Of a stretch of 64,000 bases of DNA, positions 1 through 9,701 are shown one piece after another (the first letter of the stretch is position 1; each line of letters begins with the position of its first letter). The stretch lies in IMG/VR virus record IMGVR_UViG_3300025012_000029, positions 137,145 to 201,144 of that record; one strand, 5' to 3'. Under the pieces are notes generated by a model that was not told where the DNA came from, did not search any database, and saw only the letters and a list, made by a program, of their open reading frames with translations. Origin of the DNA: a virus. Its lineage: Duplodnaviria; Caudoviricetes. A program made the translations under genes and the position numbers.

Positions 1-890
1 TATTTAAAATTGGGAAACAGTTTATCAAAATATTGCGACTCTGTTTTTCTGCGCATTTGTCCATTTGGTTTATCTTTGTTCCAAACAATATCGGGATAAC
101 TCGTACCTAGTTGTGAATAAACACTCAAAAAAGACAAATCAATCTTTTCGACAATTTCTTTAATAGAAAATTCTTGACCAGGAACAATCAATCTTTGAGG
201 CATTAGTTCATTCTTTTTCAACAACTCAACACAAACTTTTGCTAAATCTTGAGCATAAATAAATTCTCTTTTTGGACTGCCATCGCCCCAACATTCAATA
301 TTGGTTTCTGTCGCAAGAGCATTATAAAACTTATGGATGAGAGAAGGAACAACATGTCCGTCTTCTAAATCATAATTGTCTTTAATCCCAAAAATGTTAG
401 TAGGAATAATTGAGCAATAGTTTACATCGTATTGATCTCGATATGCTCCAATCTGCACATCAACCATGCGCTTTGCCATAGCATAGCTCCAGTGAGCAGG
501 AAATGGAGGACCATCGTGCATATTGTTTTCTCTTAAAACTTCTGTATTAGAAGGAAAAACACATACAGACGAAAAGGCAATTAATTTTTCAATTTTATGT
601 AAGTGTGCTTGTTTGATGATGTTTGTATTCATCAAAATATTATCATTAAATTGCTGTACTGGGCTATTTAGATTCCTTCCGATCCCTCCAACTCTAGCAG
701 CGCAATGAATTATGTATTCAGGCTTATACAGTCTAAAAAGTCTTTCTACTTCTGACTCCTTTGTCAAATCGGCATTCTTGCGTCCAACAAATATGAAATC
801 TAATTCAGGATGGTCAAAGGAAATAGTTTTAATGGCATTACCTACAAGACCGTCCCCCCCCGTAACAAGCGCGCGACATGGTTTATCCAT
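1..890 (-). CDS. fcl: GDP-L-fucose synthase-like NAD(P)-dependent epimerase/reductase, runs off the window edge
   Basis: Read manually, not in the ORF track: MDKPCRALVTGGDGLVG...IHCAARVGGIG...YAMAKR...WGDGSPKREFIY; no stop before base 1. Confidence 0.85.
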   Translation of the reverse strand, partial: MDKPCRALVTGGDGLVGNAIKTISFDHPELDFIFVGRKNADLTKESEVERLFRLYKPEYIIHCAARVGGIGRNLNSPVQQFNDNILMNTNIIKQAHLHKIEKLIAFSSVCVFPSNTEVLRENNMHDGPPFPAHWSYAMAKRMVDVQIGAYRDQYDVNYCSIIPTNIFGIKDNYDLEDGHVVPSLIHKFYNALATETNIECWGDGSPKREFIYAQDLAKVCVELLKKNELMPQRLIVPGQEFSIKEIVEKIDLSFLSVYSQLGTSYPDIVWNKDKPNGQMRRKTESQYFDKLFPNFK

Positions 891-1061
891 TTATATATCC
901 CCTATAGAAATTTGCCATTTTTTGTAACAAAACAATTGAAATTTCTTCAAATCATTTAAAATAACTTCGTCGTAATCAATTTTATCTTTTAAATAAACAA
1001 GAAAATATTCTAACTCTTTTTCAATACCACATTTAGAGCACGCTTTTATCATATTAGTCAT
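891..1061 (-). pseudogene. Internally deleted HNH/zinc-finger endonuclease remnant (56 aa)
   Basis: MTNMIKACSKCGIEKELEYF resembles the N-terminus of 10202..11011 (KKCSKCGLEKELSEF); ends KKFQLFCY; no complete nuclease core. Confidence 0.55.
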
Positions 1062-1074
1062 TATAACACGCTAG

Positions 1075-1833
1075 CTATCGCCCAAAACGCATATTCCATT
1101 TGCTTTCAGCATCTGTCCAATTATAATAATCGATTTTTATTCTCTGTGTTTGATCTTTGTCCCATATTTCTTCAAAAAGTTTTTTATCATTTTCAAAATA
1201 TGCTCTTTGTATAGGTTTAGCGTCCGTTGTTACCCAAGACCAGTAAAAATTAGCACACGATTGATGCGATAGAATTATTTTACCACCATTATTCTGAATT
1301 CTAAACGAAAGATCGTGTGTATTCATATTTATGTGGAGAAACCGGCAATCTAAACCACCCAATTCTCTAAAATAATTTGTATTATACATTCCTAGTGGAG
1401 CTATTTTATAGTCATCTGGGATACCAGCTAATTTCTGCATATCACCATGATGTTTCCCTCTCCAATAATCTAAAGGAAACTCTCCATTGCCTTCTCCTTC
1501 AAAATAACGTAATGTTATTCCATCTTTTTCTGTTGCTTGTCCGCTTTCAAATAATTGAATACATTGAGCTAAAGATCGAGGAGTTATAAATGTGCAGTCG
1601 TCCGATAACCACATTAAAAGTTTTCCCTCCGCTAGACAACTTCCCATTTGCACGCATCTAGATGGAGATCCAAAATCTCTTATTACTTTAACTCCATCAA
1701 TTGGAACATCATATGGACTGACAACAATTATCTCGTGAGAATATGGCTCAATTGCTCGGTCGAGCATGAATTGAATTTTCAATAAATTTTGGACTCGAAT
1801 AGAAGGTATAATCACGGAAATATCAAATTTCAT
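1075..1833 (-). CDS. GT-A fold (GT2-like) glycosyltransferase
   Basis: ISVIIPS start, WLSDD DxD-like motif, ELGGLDCRF motif. Confidence 0.8.
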   Translation of the reverse strand: MKFDISVIIPSIRVQNLLKIQFMLDRAIEPYSHEIIVVSPYDVPIDGVKVIRDFGSPSRCVQMGSCLAEGKLLMWLSDDCTFITPRSLAQCIQLFESGQATEKDGITLRYFEGEGNGEFPLDYWRGKHHGDMQKLAGIPDDYKIAPLGMYNTNYFRELGGLDCRFLHINMNTHDLSFRIQNNGGKIILSHQSCANFYWSWVTTDAKPIQRAYFENDKKLFEEIWDKDQTQRIKIDYYNWTDAESKWNMRFGR

Positions 1834-2186
1834 TTAATCTCCAAATTCTGGATAACATATCCTAAAAGTTGTTTACGAGAAATTCCTTTTTCAAAAGCCA
1901 ATTGTTCAACTCTATTTTTCTTATCAATTCTCTCTTGAAATTTTTCTGCAGTGACATTACCAAAAGCAATGCCTTCAGGTTCATCTCTATAATCCAATAT
2001 GCGACCTAGTTCGTATGAACCATCATCATTTATCGCTACTTCTAAAGCAAGTCCCAATGGATGAAAGAAGAGACGATTGGCTTCTTGAAGGAAACCAAAT
2101 TCAAGAAATTCTTTAATATCCATATTTTTAATCTTATTAGAATTCATCCAAACCTCCTTTTCCATACTGCTGATGAATCTTTCCAA
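1830..2186 (-). CDS. Hypothetical phage protein
   Basis: 118-aa ORF with overlapping start/stop; EFGFLQEANRLFFHPLGLALEV segment. Confidence 0.65.
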   Translation of the reverse strand: MERFISSMEKEVWMNSNKIKNMDIKEFLEFGFLQEANRLFFHPLGLALEVAINDDGSYELGRILDYRDEPEGIAFGNVTAEKFQERIDKKNRVEQLAFEKGISRKQLLGYVIQNLEIK

Positions 2187-2929
2187 TTATTAATGTCCAG
2201 TCTCATTTCTCCCATGGTCCACGAAGGATTTCTATATCGAGATTGAAATAAAGGCTTATCGTGTATAATTTGAGCAGATTCGATCGGAGCATGATCAAGT
2301 TGCTCATGATCACAATTTAGCAAAGGAAAATCAGACATCTTGACATTGGCGCCTAGATATTGAGCCCGAACTGCCATGTCAGCGTGTGAGTAAAAAGTTC
2401 CTTCATACAAGGAATCCCATCCTCCAAGTTCTTCGAAAAAAGTCCGATGTATTATAGCAACATTAAAGAGCCACCACTCTTTTGAAATAAATGGCGATGA
2501 AGTCCAATCTGATCCGTTTAATTTGAAATAATTATCTGGTTGAAGAGGCTTCTCTGTACCATTTTTTCCTTCATAATATTTTGTCACAACAACATTTTTA
2601 TTATTGTCTCCCATAGAACGAAGTAGATCTATATTTTTATCTAATGAATCTGGAAGGAGAATTCCATCATCGGCAATCCAAGTCACTAATTCTCCTTCAC
2701 ACATAGAAGCAGCAATTTGAGAAGCTCTCACAGGAGAACCATAATCTTTGACATATTTAACACAATTAATAACTTCTAATTGTGGAGTAAGAGGAAATGG
2801 ACCACATATGATTAATTCAAAAGTTTTTTTTGTAGAAGCAACAATTGAATCATATACGGCATCCCAATTTTGTTGACGAATGCCTGGAAGGACTATCGAT
2901 ATTTCTGGTTTAGACATTGCAACTCCCAA
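2144..2929 (-). CDS. GT-A fold (GT2-like) glycosyltransferase
   Basis: ISIVLPG, WIADDG, ELGGWD motifs; paralog of 1075..1833 and 7697..8494. Confidence 0.8.
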   Translation of the reverse strand: MGVAMSKPEISIVLPGIRQQNWDAVYDSIVASTKKTFELIICGPFPLTPQLEVINCVKYVKDYGSPVRASQIAASMCEGELVTWIADDGILLPDSLDKNIDLLRSMGDNNKNVVVTKYYEGKNGTEKPLQPDNYFKLNGSDWTSSPFISKEWWLFNVAIIHRTFFEELGGWDSLYEGTFYSHADMAVRAQYLGANVKMSDFPLLNCDHEQLDHAPIESAQIIHDKPLFQSRYRNPSWTMGEMRLDINNWKDSSAVWKRRFG

Positions 2930-3920
2930 TATATTCTATTACTTCGTCGATGCTTTCGTCGAGTGTTATTTTAGCTTCAAACCCAAGCAATTCTTTTGCC
3001 TTTGATACGTCGGGCTCTCTTCGAAGAGTATCATACTTGAATGGTTGCTCCATTTTGAATTCAAATGCTTCATTGGGTCGTAATTTGTTCCAAATAATTT
3101 CTGCTAATTCTTTTATCTTTATTGGATTTGGATTTGCGATATTAAAAATTTCATTCTCAGCAAGATTGCTTTCTAATGAAAGTCTAATACCTTTAGCAAT
3201 ATCTCGTACAGACGTAAAAGTTCTTATTTGATTTCCATCACCCAATATCTTTAACGGTTTTTGTCCAGATAAAGTTTTCATTATTAAATCTGGAATGACA
3301 TGTGAACTTTCTCCTTTGCGAAAATCTTCCTCTCCAATCCCGCACGCATTCCAAGGATTTATAATAGTATATGGCAATTTATATTGTTCACAAGCTGCTT
3401 TCGCAAAATACATTGTTCCTAATTTGGAAAATCCATATGAAGAAGGTGGAGGTGGTATGTTAGGTATATCCGACTCAGATGTTGGAAATGTATCTGTCAT
3501 ATCCATAATCATTGAACTAGCTAACGCTACAATTCTTTTAAGTTGATGGTTTTGAAATAAATCTATAGCACAATCAAACACGGAAGCATCTAGTCTCATA
3601 TTTTCAGCTAGCAAATCAAATGCATTTGCATGAAAAAAAGATATGCCACCTATGGAAGCTGCGCAGTGAACAATGTAATCTACTTTATGTAGACCACTAA
3701 AAACTTCAACATTATCGCACGTACACCACTCGTTTAATTTTTTAGCATCTTCTTTAATCAATTGAAAATTTGGATGATTATCGTGTGGCCTTTCGATGTA
3801 ACCATATTTTGAATAATTATCTATAGATATGACATGATAATCATTATCAAGAAACTCTTGGCAAACCGCACTTCCGATGAAGCCTTGGCCACCAGTTACC
3901 AGTACCGTCGTCTTATTCAT
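2910..3920 (-). CDS. NAD-dependent NDP-sugar epimerase/dehydratase
   Basis: VTGGQGFIG Rossmann motif, YGFSK (YxxxK), ILGDGNQIRTFT. Confidence 0.9.
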   Translation of the reverse strand: MNKTTVLVTGGQGFIGSAVCQEFLDNDYHVISIDNYSKYGYIERPHDNHPNFQLIKEDAKKLNEWCTCDNVEVFSGLHKVDYIVHCAASIGGISFFHANAFDLLAENMRLDASVFDCAIDLFQNHQLKRIVALASSMIMDMTDTFPTSESDIPNIPPPPSSYGFSKLGTMYFAKAACEQYKLPYTIINPWNACGIGEEDFRKGESSHVIPDLIMKTLSGQKPLKILGDGNQIRTFTSVRDIAKGIRLSLESNLAENEIFNIANPNPIKIKELAEIIWNKLRPNEAFEFKMEQPFKYDTLRREPDVSKAKELLGFEAKITLDESIDEVIEYIGSCNV

Positions 3921-4126
3921 TCTTGTTCGTCTTCTTTCGCACCAGACTCTACTGATGCAATTAGTGGGCAGCTCTCTACTTCAAATTCTTCTCTAAAGAC
4001 ACGGTTTAGATTTCTAATAGCCGCATAAGCTTCTGCTTCGTTTTTATCAAAAAATACCGCAACAAGTTCTTTGTCAAGAAGTTGAAATCTTTCTATCATA
4101 CTCTTCGTAACGACATAAACTTTCAT
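3917..4126 (-). CDS. Hypothetical protein
   Basis: Small ORF in co-oriented operon with overlapping ends. Confidence 0.55.
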   Translation of the reverse strand: MKVYVVTKSMIERFQLLDKELVAVFFDKNEAEAYAAIRNLNRVFREEFEVESCPLIASVESGAKEDEQE

Positions 4127-4441
4127 CTATCTCTGCTCACGTATCAATTTAGCATAATATCTTTTATCAAAAAGATTGAACCAGATATCGTCGTCGACAT
4201 TTTTTTGAACTCCACGACACCAGTAACCCTTAATTTCTGTACGACTAGTATCTATGTCAATAGCATCATCAAACATATTCTTGCCGCATTCATCCCAAAC
4301 AATCAATCTATCTCCATCCGTTAGAGGATGTAGATTCTCATATGAGCACTGCTCCTTATCATGGTCTGTCTGCATACACCAGATGATACCCTCTGTCCCA
4401 GTTGCTACATAAGCCAACAATTTTCCATCAAAAGTCTTCAT
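4127..4441 (-). CDS. Hypothetical protein
   Basis: Abuts neighbours in the operon. Confidence 0.6.
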   Translation of the reverse strand: MKTFDGKLLAYVATGTEGIIWCMQTDHDKEQCSYENLHPLTDGDRLIVWDECGKNMFDDAIDIDTSRTEIKGYWCRGVQKNVDDDIWFNLFDKRYYAKLIREQR

Positions 4442-5256
4442 TTCATTCTCATTCCATCTGGAACTGTCTTGATATATTTCTCATTTTCTTCAATAATATA
4501 TTTGAAGAATTCTACTTTTGTTCCGGAACACATTTTATTAAGTGCTGGTAAATCTTTGCTAAAACAGGGCCCGCAATATCCTCTCCAATTTGAATTCACA
4601 AGCAAATAGTCAGGCGGAATATGTGGAATATTCGTCATCGCATTTTTAATGTTATCGTAATCTGCTCCATATTTTTTCGAAAGTTCATGAAACGAATTCG
4701 CAAACACAACACGCATAGCGTTAAAAGAATTCAGAAAATATTTGCAAAGCTCTGCTTCAGTTGGACTTACCTTTACAAACTTCTTCGGCAATCTTCCATG
4801 CGCTTCTTTGATTTTTTCATAGACCATGTCACAATCAGTTCCAATAACACATAAATCTTGTCTTTCGGAGAAATCTATAATTGCAGAACGCTCCTTGAGA
4901 AACTCTGGTACAAAACAAATATCAAAATCTGAATGCCTTTCTTGAATCTTTTTTGTGGTTCCGATTGCAACTGTAGATTTGATTGCAATAATAGGGCGCA
5001 AACGCCTTGGAAGCATCATTGCTTGCGTGTGCGCAATAATATCCTCAACAACGTCTTCTACAAAGCCTGTATAACACGAACCATCAGATTCCATAGGCGT
5101 TGGAACTGTAATAAAAATGATATCAGAATCAATAACATCGGCAATGTTTGTTTTTAGTTTTAAATCATGGCATTTTACTTCATGCCCTAACTTCTGGAAA
5201 CCGAATTTACAAGCTGATCCAACAACGCCTTCGCTTCCAACAATCCCTAAACGCAT
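4438..5256 (-). CDS. UDP-glucose/GDP-mannose dehydrogenase family, short form lacking the C-terminal domain
   Basis: GIVGSEGVVG, FITVPTP, IKSTV, PEFLKE, AELCKYFLN, GYCGPCFSKD motifs. Confidence 0.88.
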   Translation of the reverse strand: MRLGIVGSEGVVGSACKFGFQKLGHEVKCHDLKLKTNIADVIDSDIIFITVPTPMESDGSCYTGFVEDVVEDIIAHTQAMMLPRRLRPIIAIKSTVAIGTTKKIQERHSDFDICFVPEFLKERSAIIDFSERQDLCVIGTDCDMVYEKIKEAHGRLPKKFVKVSPTEAELCKYFLNSFNAMRVVFANSFHELSKKYGADYDNIKNAMTNIPHIPPDYLLVNSNWRGYCGPCFSKDLPALNKMCSGTKVEFFKYIIEENEKYIKTVPDGMRMK

Positions 5257-5272
5257 ATTTTGTTTCCTTTTC

Positions 5273-5455
5273 TTATATTTTCTTTTGCTTCAAGTGGTTG
5301 TAAATAAAGAGAACATTTTCTGGAAGGTTGTTTGGCTCATCTAAGGATGTTATTGTTATAGTTTTGCAATTCTTGTTTAGCAAAAGATTCACAAGATGGC
5401 GACCAATCATTCCTGTTCCGCCGCTTATTAGCACATTTTTGTTTTCAAAATACAT
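5273..5455 (-). pseudogene. N-terminal fragment of an NAD-dependent epimerase
   Basis: VLISGGTGMIG Rossmann start, then ends at 60 aa. Confidence 0.65.
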
Positions 5456-6398
5456 TTTTCTTATACCATCTCAAAGTTTCTTTTATGCCTTTATCTATAG
5501 AAATTTTGGGTTGCCAATCAATGTCATTAAAAGCTTTATCATTTTTCATTGCTAATTTTGTTGCAACAAAAGGCTTTGAAATATCATACTTGATTTTCAA
5601 ATTTTTTCCAGAATAATCGATTATTTTTTGAACTATTTCAGAAACAGAAAATGACTTACCATAACTTACATTAAAAATATCAAACAATTTAGTTTGTCTT
5701 TGAATTACATCGTCAATAAAATCAACAACATCATCGATGTAAATTAAATCTCTTTCAGTTGATCCGTCGCCGCATACAACAATATCATCGCCTTCGTTTG
5801 CTTTCATAACCTTTGTTATGTTGGCACCCATAAAATGTGAACGTTCCAAATCAAATTTATCATATGGACCGTAAGTATTACTAAGTCGCATTACTGTATG
5901 TTTCGTTCTACCAAGTCGAGAATAAAACTCACACATTTTCTCTATATAAACTTTCGTCCATCCAACACCAAAATAAGTTGGAACAATACCATCGCTTTCG
6001 TTAAAATCTTCTTCTGAAACTGGACTTTTGGCTGGATTATACATCACACCACAACTTGGAAATATAAAGTGCCTTACATTATTTTCAAAACATTTTTTCA
6101 ACAAAAGAGAATTCATTACAGCATTATCAGTAACGTGTAAATAAGGTTTATTAATAGTGTCATCGATGCCCGACGACGCGGCAGCGCACTGTATTACTAC
6201 ATCAAACTTATTTTTAGAAAAAAAAGAATCAATCTCTTTATTGTTTGTTAATGTTAAATCAAATCCGTAGATCCTACTGTAATTCAACGATCTATTTAGC
6301 ACAAGTCCAAACGTCTCATACCCTTGTCTACCACTGAAACTTTCAAATATATTTCTACCAACAAATCCTGTCGCGCCACAAACTAAAATCTTCATCAT
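5445..6398 (-). CDS. GDP-L-fucose synthase-like NAD-dependent epimerase/reductase
   Basis: VCGATGFVG, YFGVGWTK, NTYGPYDKFD, GDGSTERDLIYIDD. Confidence 0.85.
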   Translation of the reverse strand: MMKILVCGATGFVGRNIFESFSGRQGYETFGLVLNRSLNYSRIYGFDLTLTNNKEIDSFFSKNKFDVVIQCAAASSGIDDTINKPYLHVTDNAVMNSLLLKKCFENNVRHFIFPSCGVMYNPAKSPVSEEDFNESDGIVPTYFGVGWTKVYIEKMCEFYSRLGRTKHTVMRLSNTYGPYDKFDLERSHFMGANITKVMKANEGDDIVVCGDGSTERDLIYIDDVVDFIDDVIQRQTKLFDIFNVSYGKSFSVSEIVQKIIDYSGKNLKIKYDISKPFVATKLAMKNDKAFNDIDWQPKISIDKGIKETLRWYKKNVF

Positions 6399-6414
6399 TC
6401 TTCTACCTTCTCTT

Positions 6415-6546
6415 CTAGAGATCTTCTAGAGAACCCAGACCAAGTTTTTTATCCAGATTTTCTTTTACTTCTTTCCCAATTAACCCGAATCCGAACTTGC
6501 AAGCAGCGCCGACAACACCTTCAGATCCGATTATTCCTAGCTTCAT
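6415..6546 (-). pseudogene. 43-aa N-terminal fragment of a second UDP-glucose dehydrogenase
   Basis: Read manually: MKLGIIGSEGVVGAACKFGFGLIGKEV versus MRLGIVGSEGVVGSACKFGFQKLGHEV at 4438..5256. Confidence 0.7.
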
Positions 6547-6928
6547 ATTCTTTTACCTTCCTTTCCAATTCTGCTAATCGATTATTTTGTTTCCAAATCT
6601 TTTCAGGAAAAAAATGTCCTGTACGTATTAATGTTAAAAGTCGTTGAAAAAATGTATTAATTGTTTCATTTATTATTCTAAGTGTCCCTTTAAACCAAGA
6701 CAAATAAAATTTACGAAGACTCAATTGATCCCACAATTCATTTCGCATGGCATGTATTTGCTGATAATCCCATTTAATTCTGTCATGCCATTCTTTGGCT
6801 GGTTTCATAACAGCAACATAACGACGACGATATTTAGAAACACGCTTTTCTAATTTCTGACATCTCCTATTGAGACGCCTGTTAGTCTCTTTATACCGTT
6901 CGATTTCCTGTTGTAACTCTTCGTTCAT
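6521..6928 (-). CDS. Hypothetical coiled-coil protein
   Basis: Charged heptad-like N- and C-termini. Confidence 0.6.
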   Translation of the reverse strand: MNEELQQEIERYKETNRRLNRRCQKLEKRVSKYRRRYVAVMKPAKEWHDRIKWDYQQIHAMRNELWDQLSLRKFYLSWFKGTLRIINETINTFFQRLLTLIRTGHFFPEKIWKQNNRLAELERKVKEYEARNNRI

Positions 6929-7152
6929 TGTTTTTCTACATATCCTGTACAGGATGGTAAATCTAACAGATCTTCAGGATCATTGTCCTCGTGTCCGTAA
7001 CTCCATCCCCTACAAATAGGACAAATAATTTTTCCATCTTTTTCTAAACACTTAAAAGAACAATAGTCATAATACCATTCTTCGACTCCACAGCTAGAAC
7101 AAATATGATATTTCTCTCCACAAACCTTACAAACTGTTCCACCGAATGCCAT
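6925..7152 (-). CDS. Small Cys-rich (zinc-binding) protein
   Basis: CKVC, CSSC, YCSFKC, CPIC motifs. Confidence 0.6.
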   Translation of the reverse strand: MAFGGTVCKVCGEKYHICSSCGVEEWYYDYCSFKCLEKDGKIICPICRGWSYGHEDNDPEDLLDLPSCTGYVEKQ

Positions 7153-7700
7153 TATTTTACTGCCTCAATATTCAAACTTACTAATTTTGCTGTTCTACTA
7201 AATGGAGGTTCTAGTGTTGCTGCAGAGTAATCATCAACAAATGCGTGCGTCGTTGAAAATCTATCGTACATGCGAACTTCTTTAAATCCAACCGATCGCA
7301 AATCTCTTTCTAAACTATTAAAATCAAAAATATGATAATGAATGTCGAAATGATTTCTTTGACCACCCAATAAAAGTCCATAAATCTTTTCTATATTTCC
7401 AAATTTTGAATAATGCTCACATATGGCAAAAAAATCAGGTACAGACAAACGAAGTATACCGCCAGGATTTAATGCTTTAAACCAATCTTTCAAAACATCC
7501 AAATAAGTTTTTTCTTGTCCTTGAAATGGTTTGCGAGGAAAATGTTCCAACAAATGAACTGCCAATATTAATTCTACATTTTGATATTTTTCACTTATTT
7601 TTGATACATCCATAACAACATCTGGATTACAAGATGAGTCTCCATCAATATTTATAAATCCGTGAATTTGTTTTTTCCCACAACCAAGATGCAGCTTCAT
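7152..7700 (-). CDS. Class I SAM-dependent methyltransferase of the glycan-locus type
   Basis: LHLGCG motif I, HLLEHF, LNPGGILRLSVPD. Confidence 0.85.
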   Translation of the reverse strand: MKLHLGCGKKQIHGFINIDGDSSCNPDVVMDVSKISEKYQNVELILAVHLLEHFPRKPFQGQEKTYLDVLKDWFKALNPGGILRLSVPDFFAICEHYSKFGNIEKIYGLLLGGQRNHFDIHYHIFDFNSLERDLRSVGFKEVRMYDRFSTTHAFVDDYSAATLEPPFSRTAKLVSLNIEAVK

Positions 7701-8494
7701 TTTAACAAATCCTCATAATTTTTTGGAATAGTTTTAAATCGTCTTGTCCAAACAGAAGGTTGTTGCGTCCAATTGTTGATGTCTATTTTTATTCTAGTTT
7801 TTAGCGCATCTGGATTGGAATATATTTTTTGAAAAAGAGGAAGGTCGTGTTCATGGTGTGCTTTTTCGATAGCGTTATGATCATTTTGACCGTGATTACA
7901 TGTGGTTACATCAATAGGAGAGTCATATAATTTTCCACCATCAGCTTGAACGCGCAGCATTATATCGTGTAAATTGAAGTTTTGATATTCAAATTCACAA
8001 TCATAACCGCCAAGTTCTCTAAAATATTCTATATTTATTAAATGATGAAGAGAAATTTTTGAATCTTGAGGAATGCCAGCAAGTCGTAAATCTCCATGAT
8101 ACTGAGCGGTCCAATATACAATTGGCATTGAAGCACCAGAATATCCAGCACCTTCCTTATATCGCATATTAACTACGTCTTTATGTCCACAAATTGAATT
8201 ATAAAAATCAATTGATTCATCAATACTGTTTTCTAGCATCAAAGCATCATCAACAACATGATAGAGAAGCCTTCCATTACATTCAAAAGAAGCAAGCTGG
8301 GCACATCTACTTGGAGATCCTAAATCTTTTATCATATTAACATTGTTTTTTGTTTTCAAATATTCAGTTAATTCAAACGGTCCACACATTACGAGTTCCC
8401 AAGAATATTTTTTACAAGATTGAACAATGGAATCATACATACGATCCCAATTTGGTATACGAATCGCAGGACAAAAAATACTTAAATCAATCAT
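7697..8494 (-). CDS. GT-A fold (GT2-like) glycosyltransferase
   Basis: LSIFCPAIR, HVVDDA, ELGGYDCEF. Confidence 0.8.
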   Translation of the reverse strand: MIDLSIFCPAIRIPNWDRMYDSIVQSCKKYSWELVMCGPFELTEYLKTKNNVNMIKDLGSPSRCAQLASFECNGRLLYHVVDDALMLENSIDESIDFYNSICGHKDVVNMRYKEGAGYSGASMPIVYWTAQYHGDLRLAGIPQDSKISLHHLINIEYFRELGGYDCEFEYQNFNLHDIMLRVQADGGKLYDSPIDVTTCNHGQNDHNAIEKAHHEHDLPLFQKIYSNPDALKTRIKIDINNWTQQPSVWTRRFKTIPKNYEDLLK

Positions 8495-9446
8495 TCATTA
8501 CTTTCTCTAAAACTGTTGTCCAGAATATTTTTGAATTATATTTTTCATTATATACTTTATAACCATTTTCCGCTATTTTAACTCTCTCTGCTTCATTGTT
8601 TAAGTAATAATGAATTTTCTGAACAAAATCATTTGGATCGGTAAATTCAACATATTCAATACCGGGCACAAATAATTCTTTTGTAGCATTATTCGCACTT
8701 TCCAAAAGCATTGAATGAGATGCTAAGATTTCATACACCCGTCCCTTACATTGATGAAATGAACCAGGAGACCATGAAAAATTAACCCCTATTTTGCTCC
8801 TACGAATATAAGATGCGTATTGTTCTGGAGAAAGTTTTTCTTCTCTTTGTCCTCCTCTAATAAGAATTGGAGCATTCGATTGAACGGCATGTTTAAGGAA
8901 AATTTGTCTATCTTGGTAGCGAGGACTTCCGATAAAACTAATAGGAATATCCTGACCTTCTTGTTTGAAATATAATTTATCGTCTTGAGGCACCCACATT
9001 TGTTGAAAGTTAGATGGTAATTGCCTAGTTCTGTGGAAATCACTGTCAGCGCGATCCCAACCAATATGTAAATCTACCAAAGATCCCAAACCAAGAATTT
9101 GTGGATATCCCCAATCAATGCCAACGTCTGGCCACATTACAACATTTTTAATTCCCATATTTTTAATAATTTCAAACGTTGGAGGATTGGGGTTGGCAGA
9201 AGACTTTCCCAACAAAGAAAAAATACATATATCTGGCTTTATTGAAGAACACACTTTTGGAAGAATAACATCCATATGTGTTTTATGAGAAACAACAGCC
9301 TCATCTAAATGTATAATGTCAAATATAATCTCAGGCATTGAATGTTTGAGAGAGCCAAATAAATTATGGTAATTATTTGTTAAACCCATATCTGGGCGTC
9401 CGTCAACCCATTTCTCAGTACAAAAAAGCAGCTTTGGTTTATTCAT
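8487..9446 (-). CDS. GT-B glycosyltransferase, CgeB/Glyco_trans_1_2-like
   Basis: ISFIGS, SKIGVNFS, KGRVYEILA, ELFVPGIEYVEF, ERVKIAENGY. Confidence 0.8.
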   Translation of the reverse strand: MNKPKLLFCTEKWVDGRPDMGLTNNYHNLFGSLKHSMPEIIFDIIHLDEAVVSHKTHMDVILPKVCSSIKPDICIFSLLGKSSANPNPPTFEIIKNMGIKNVVMWPDVGIDWGYPQILGLGSLVDLHIGWDRADSDFHRTRQLPSNFQQMWVPQDDKLYFKQEGQDIPISFIGSPRYQDRQIFLKHAVQSNAPILIRGGQREEKLSPEQYASYIRRSKIGVNFSWSPGSFHQCKGRVYEILASHSMLLESANNATKELFVPGIEYVEFTDPNDFVQKIHYYLNNEAERVKIAENGYKVYNEKYNSKIFWTTVLEKVMND

Positions 9447-9479
9447 CGCTTTATCCTATATTTTTAATCCTGTCATCTT

Positions 9480-9701
9480 TTATTTTATTTTATCAAACCA
9501 ACTTTTAGTTTCTTGTTCATAATACTTCGCTCTATAGTCCAAATCTAATATTAAACATCTTTGACGAGAGTGGGATTTAATCAAATGCCCCAATGGGTCT
9601 TCTTTGATAAATTCAAACTGTTCATCATCCAAGAATGAATGCAAATAGTCTTCTATTCTTTGTATTTCTTTATTTTTCATTATAATAGTCCCCAAATTCA
9701 A
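9480..9701 (-). CDS. Hypothetical protein
   Basis: ORF; C-terminus duplicated at 14209..14316. Confidence 0.5.
   Translation of the reverse strand: MNLGTIIMKNKEIQRIEDYLHSFLDDEQFEFIKEDPLGHLIKSHSRQRCLILDLDYRAKYYEQETKSWFDKIK

Noticed and set aside
853-861. G8 homopolymer in the fcl-like gene as a phase-variation switch
   Set aside because: In frame and simply encodes the T-G-G-D part of the Rossmann motif; no evidence of length variation
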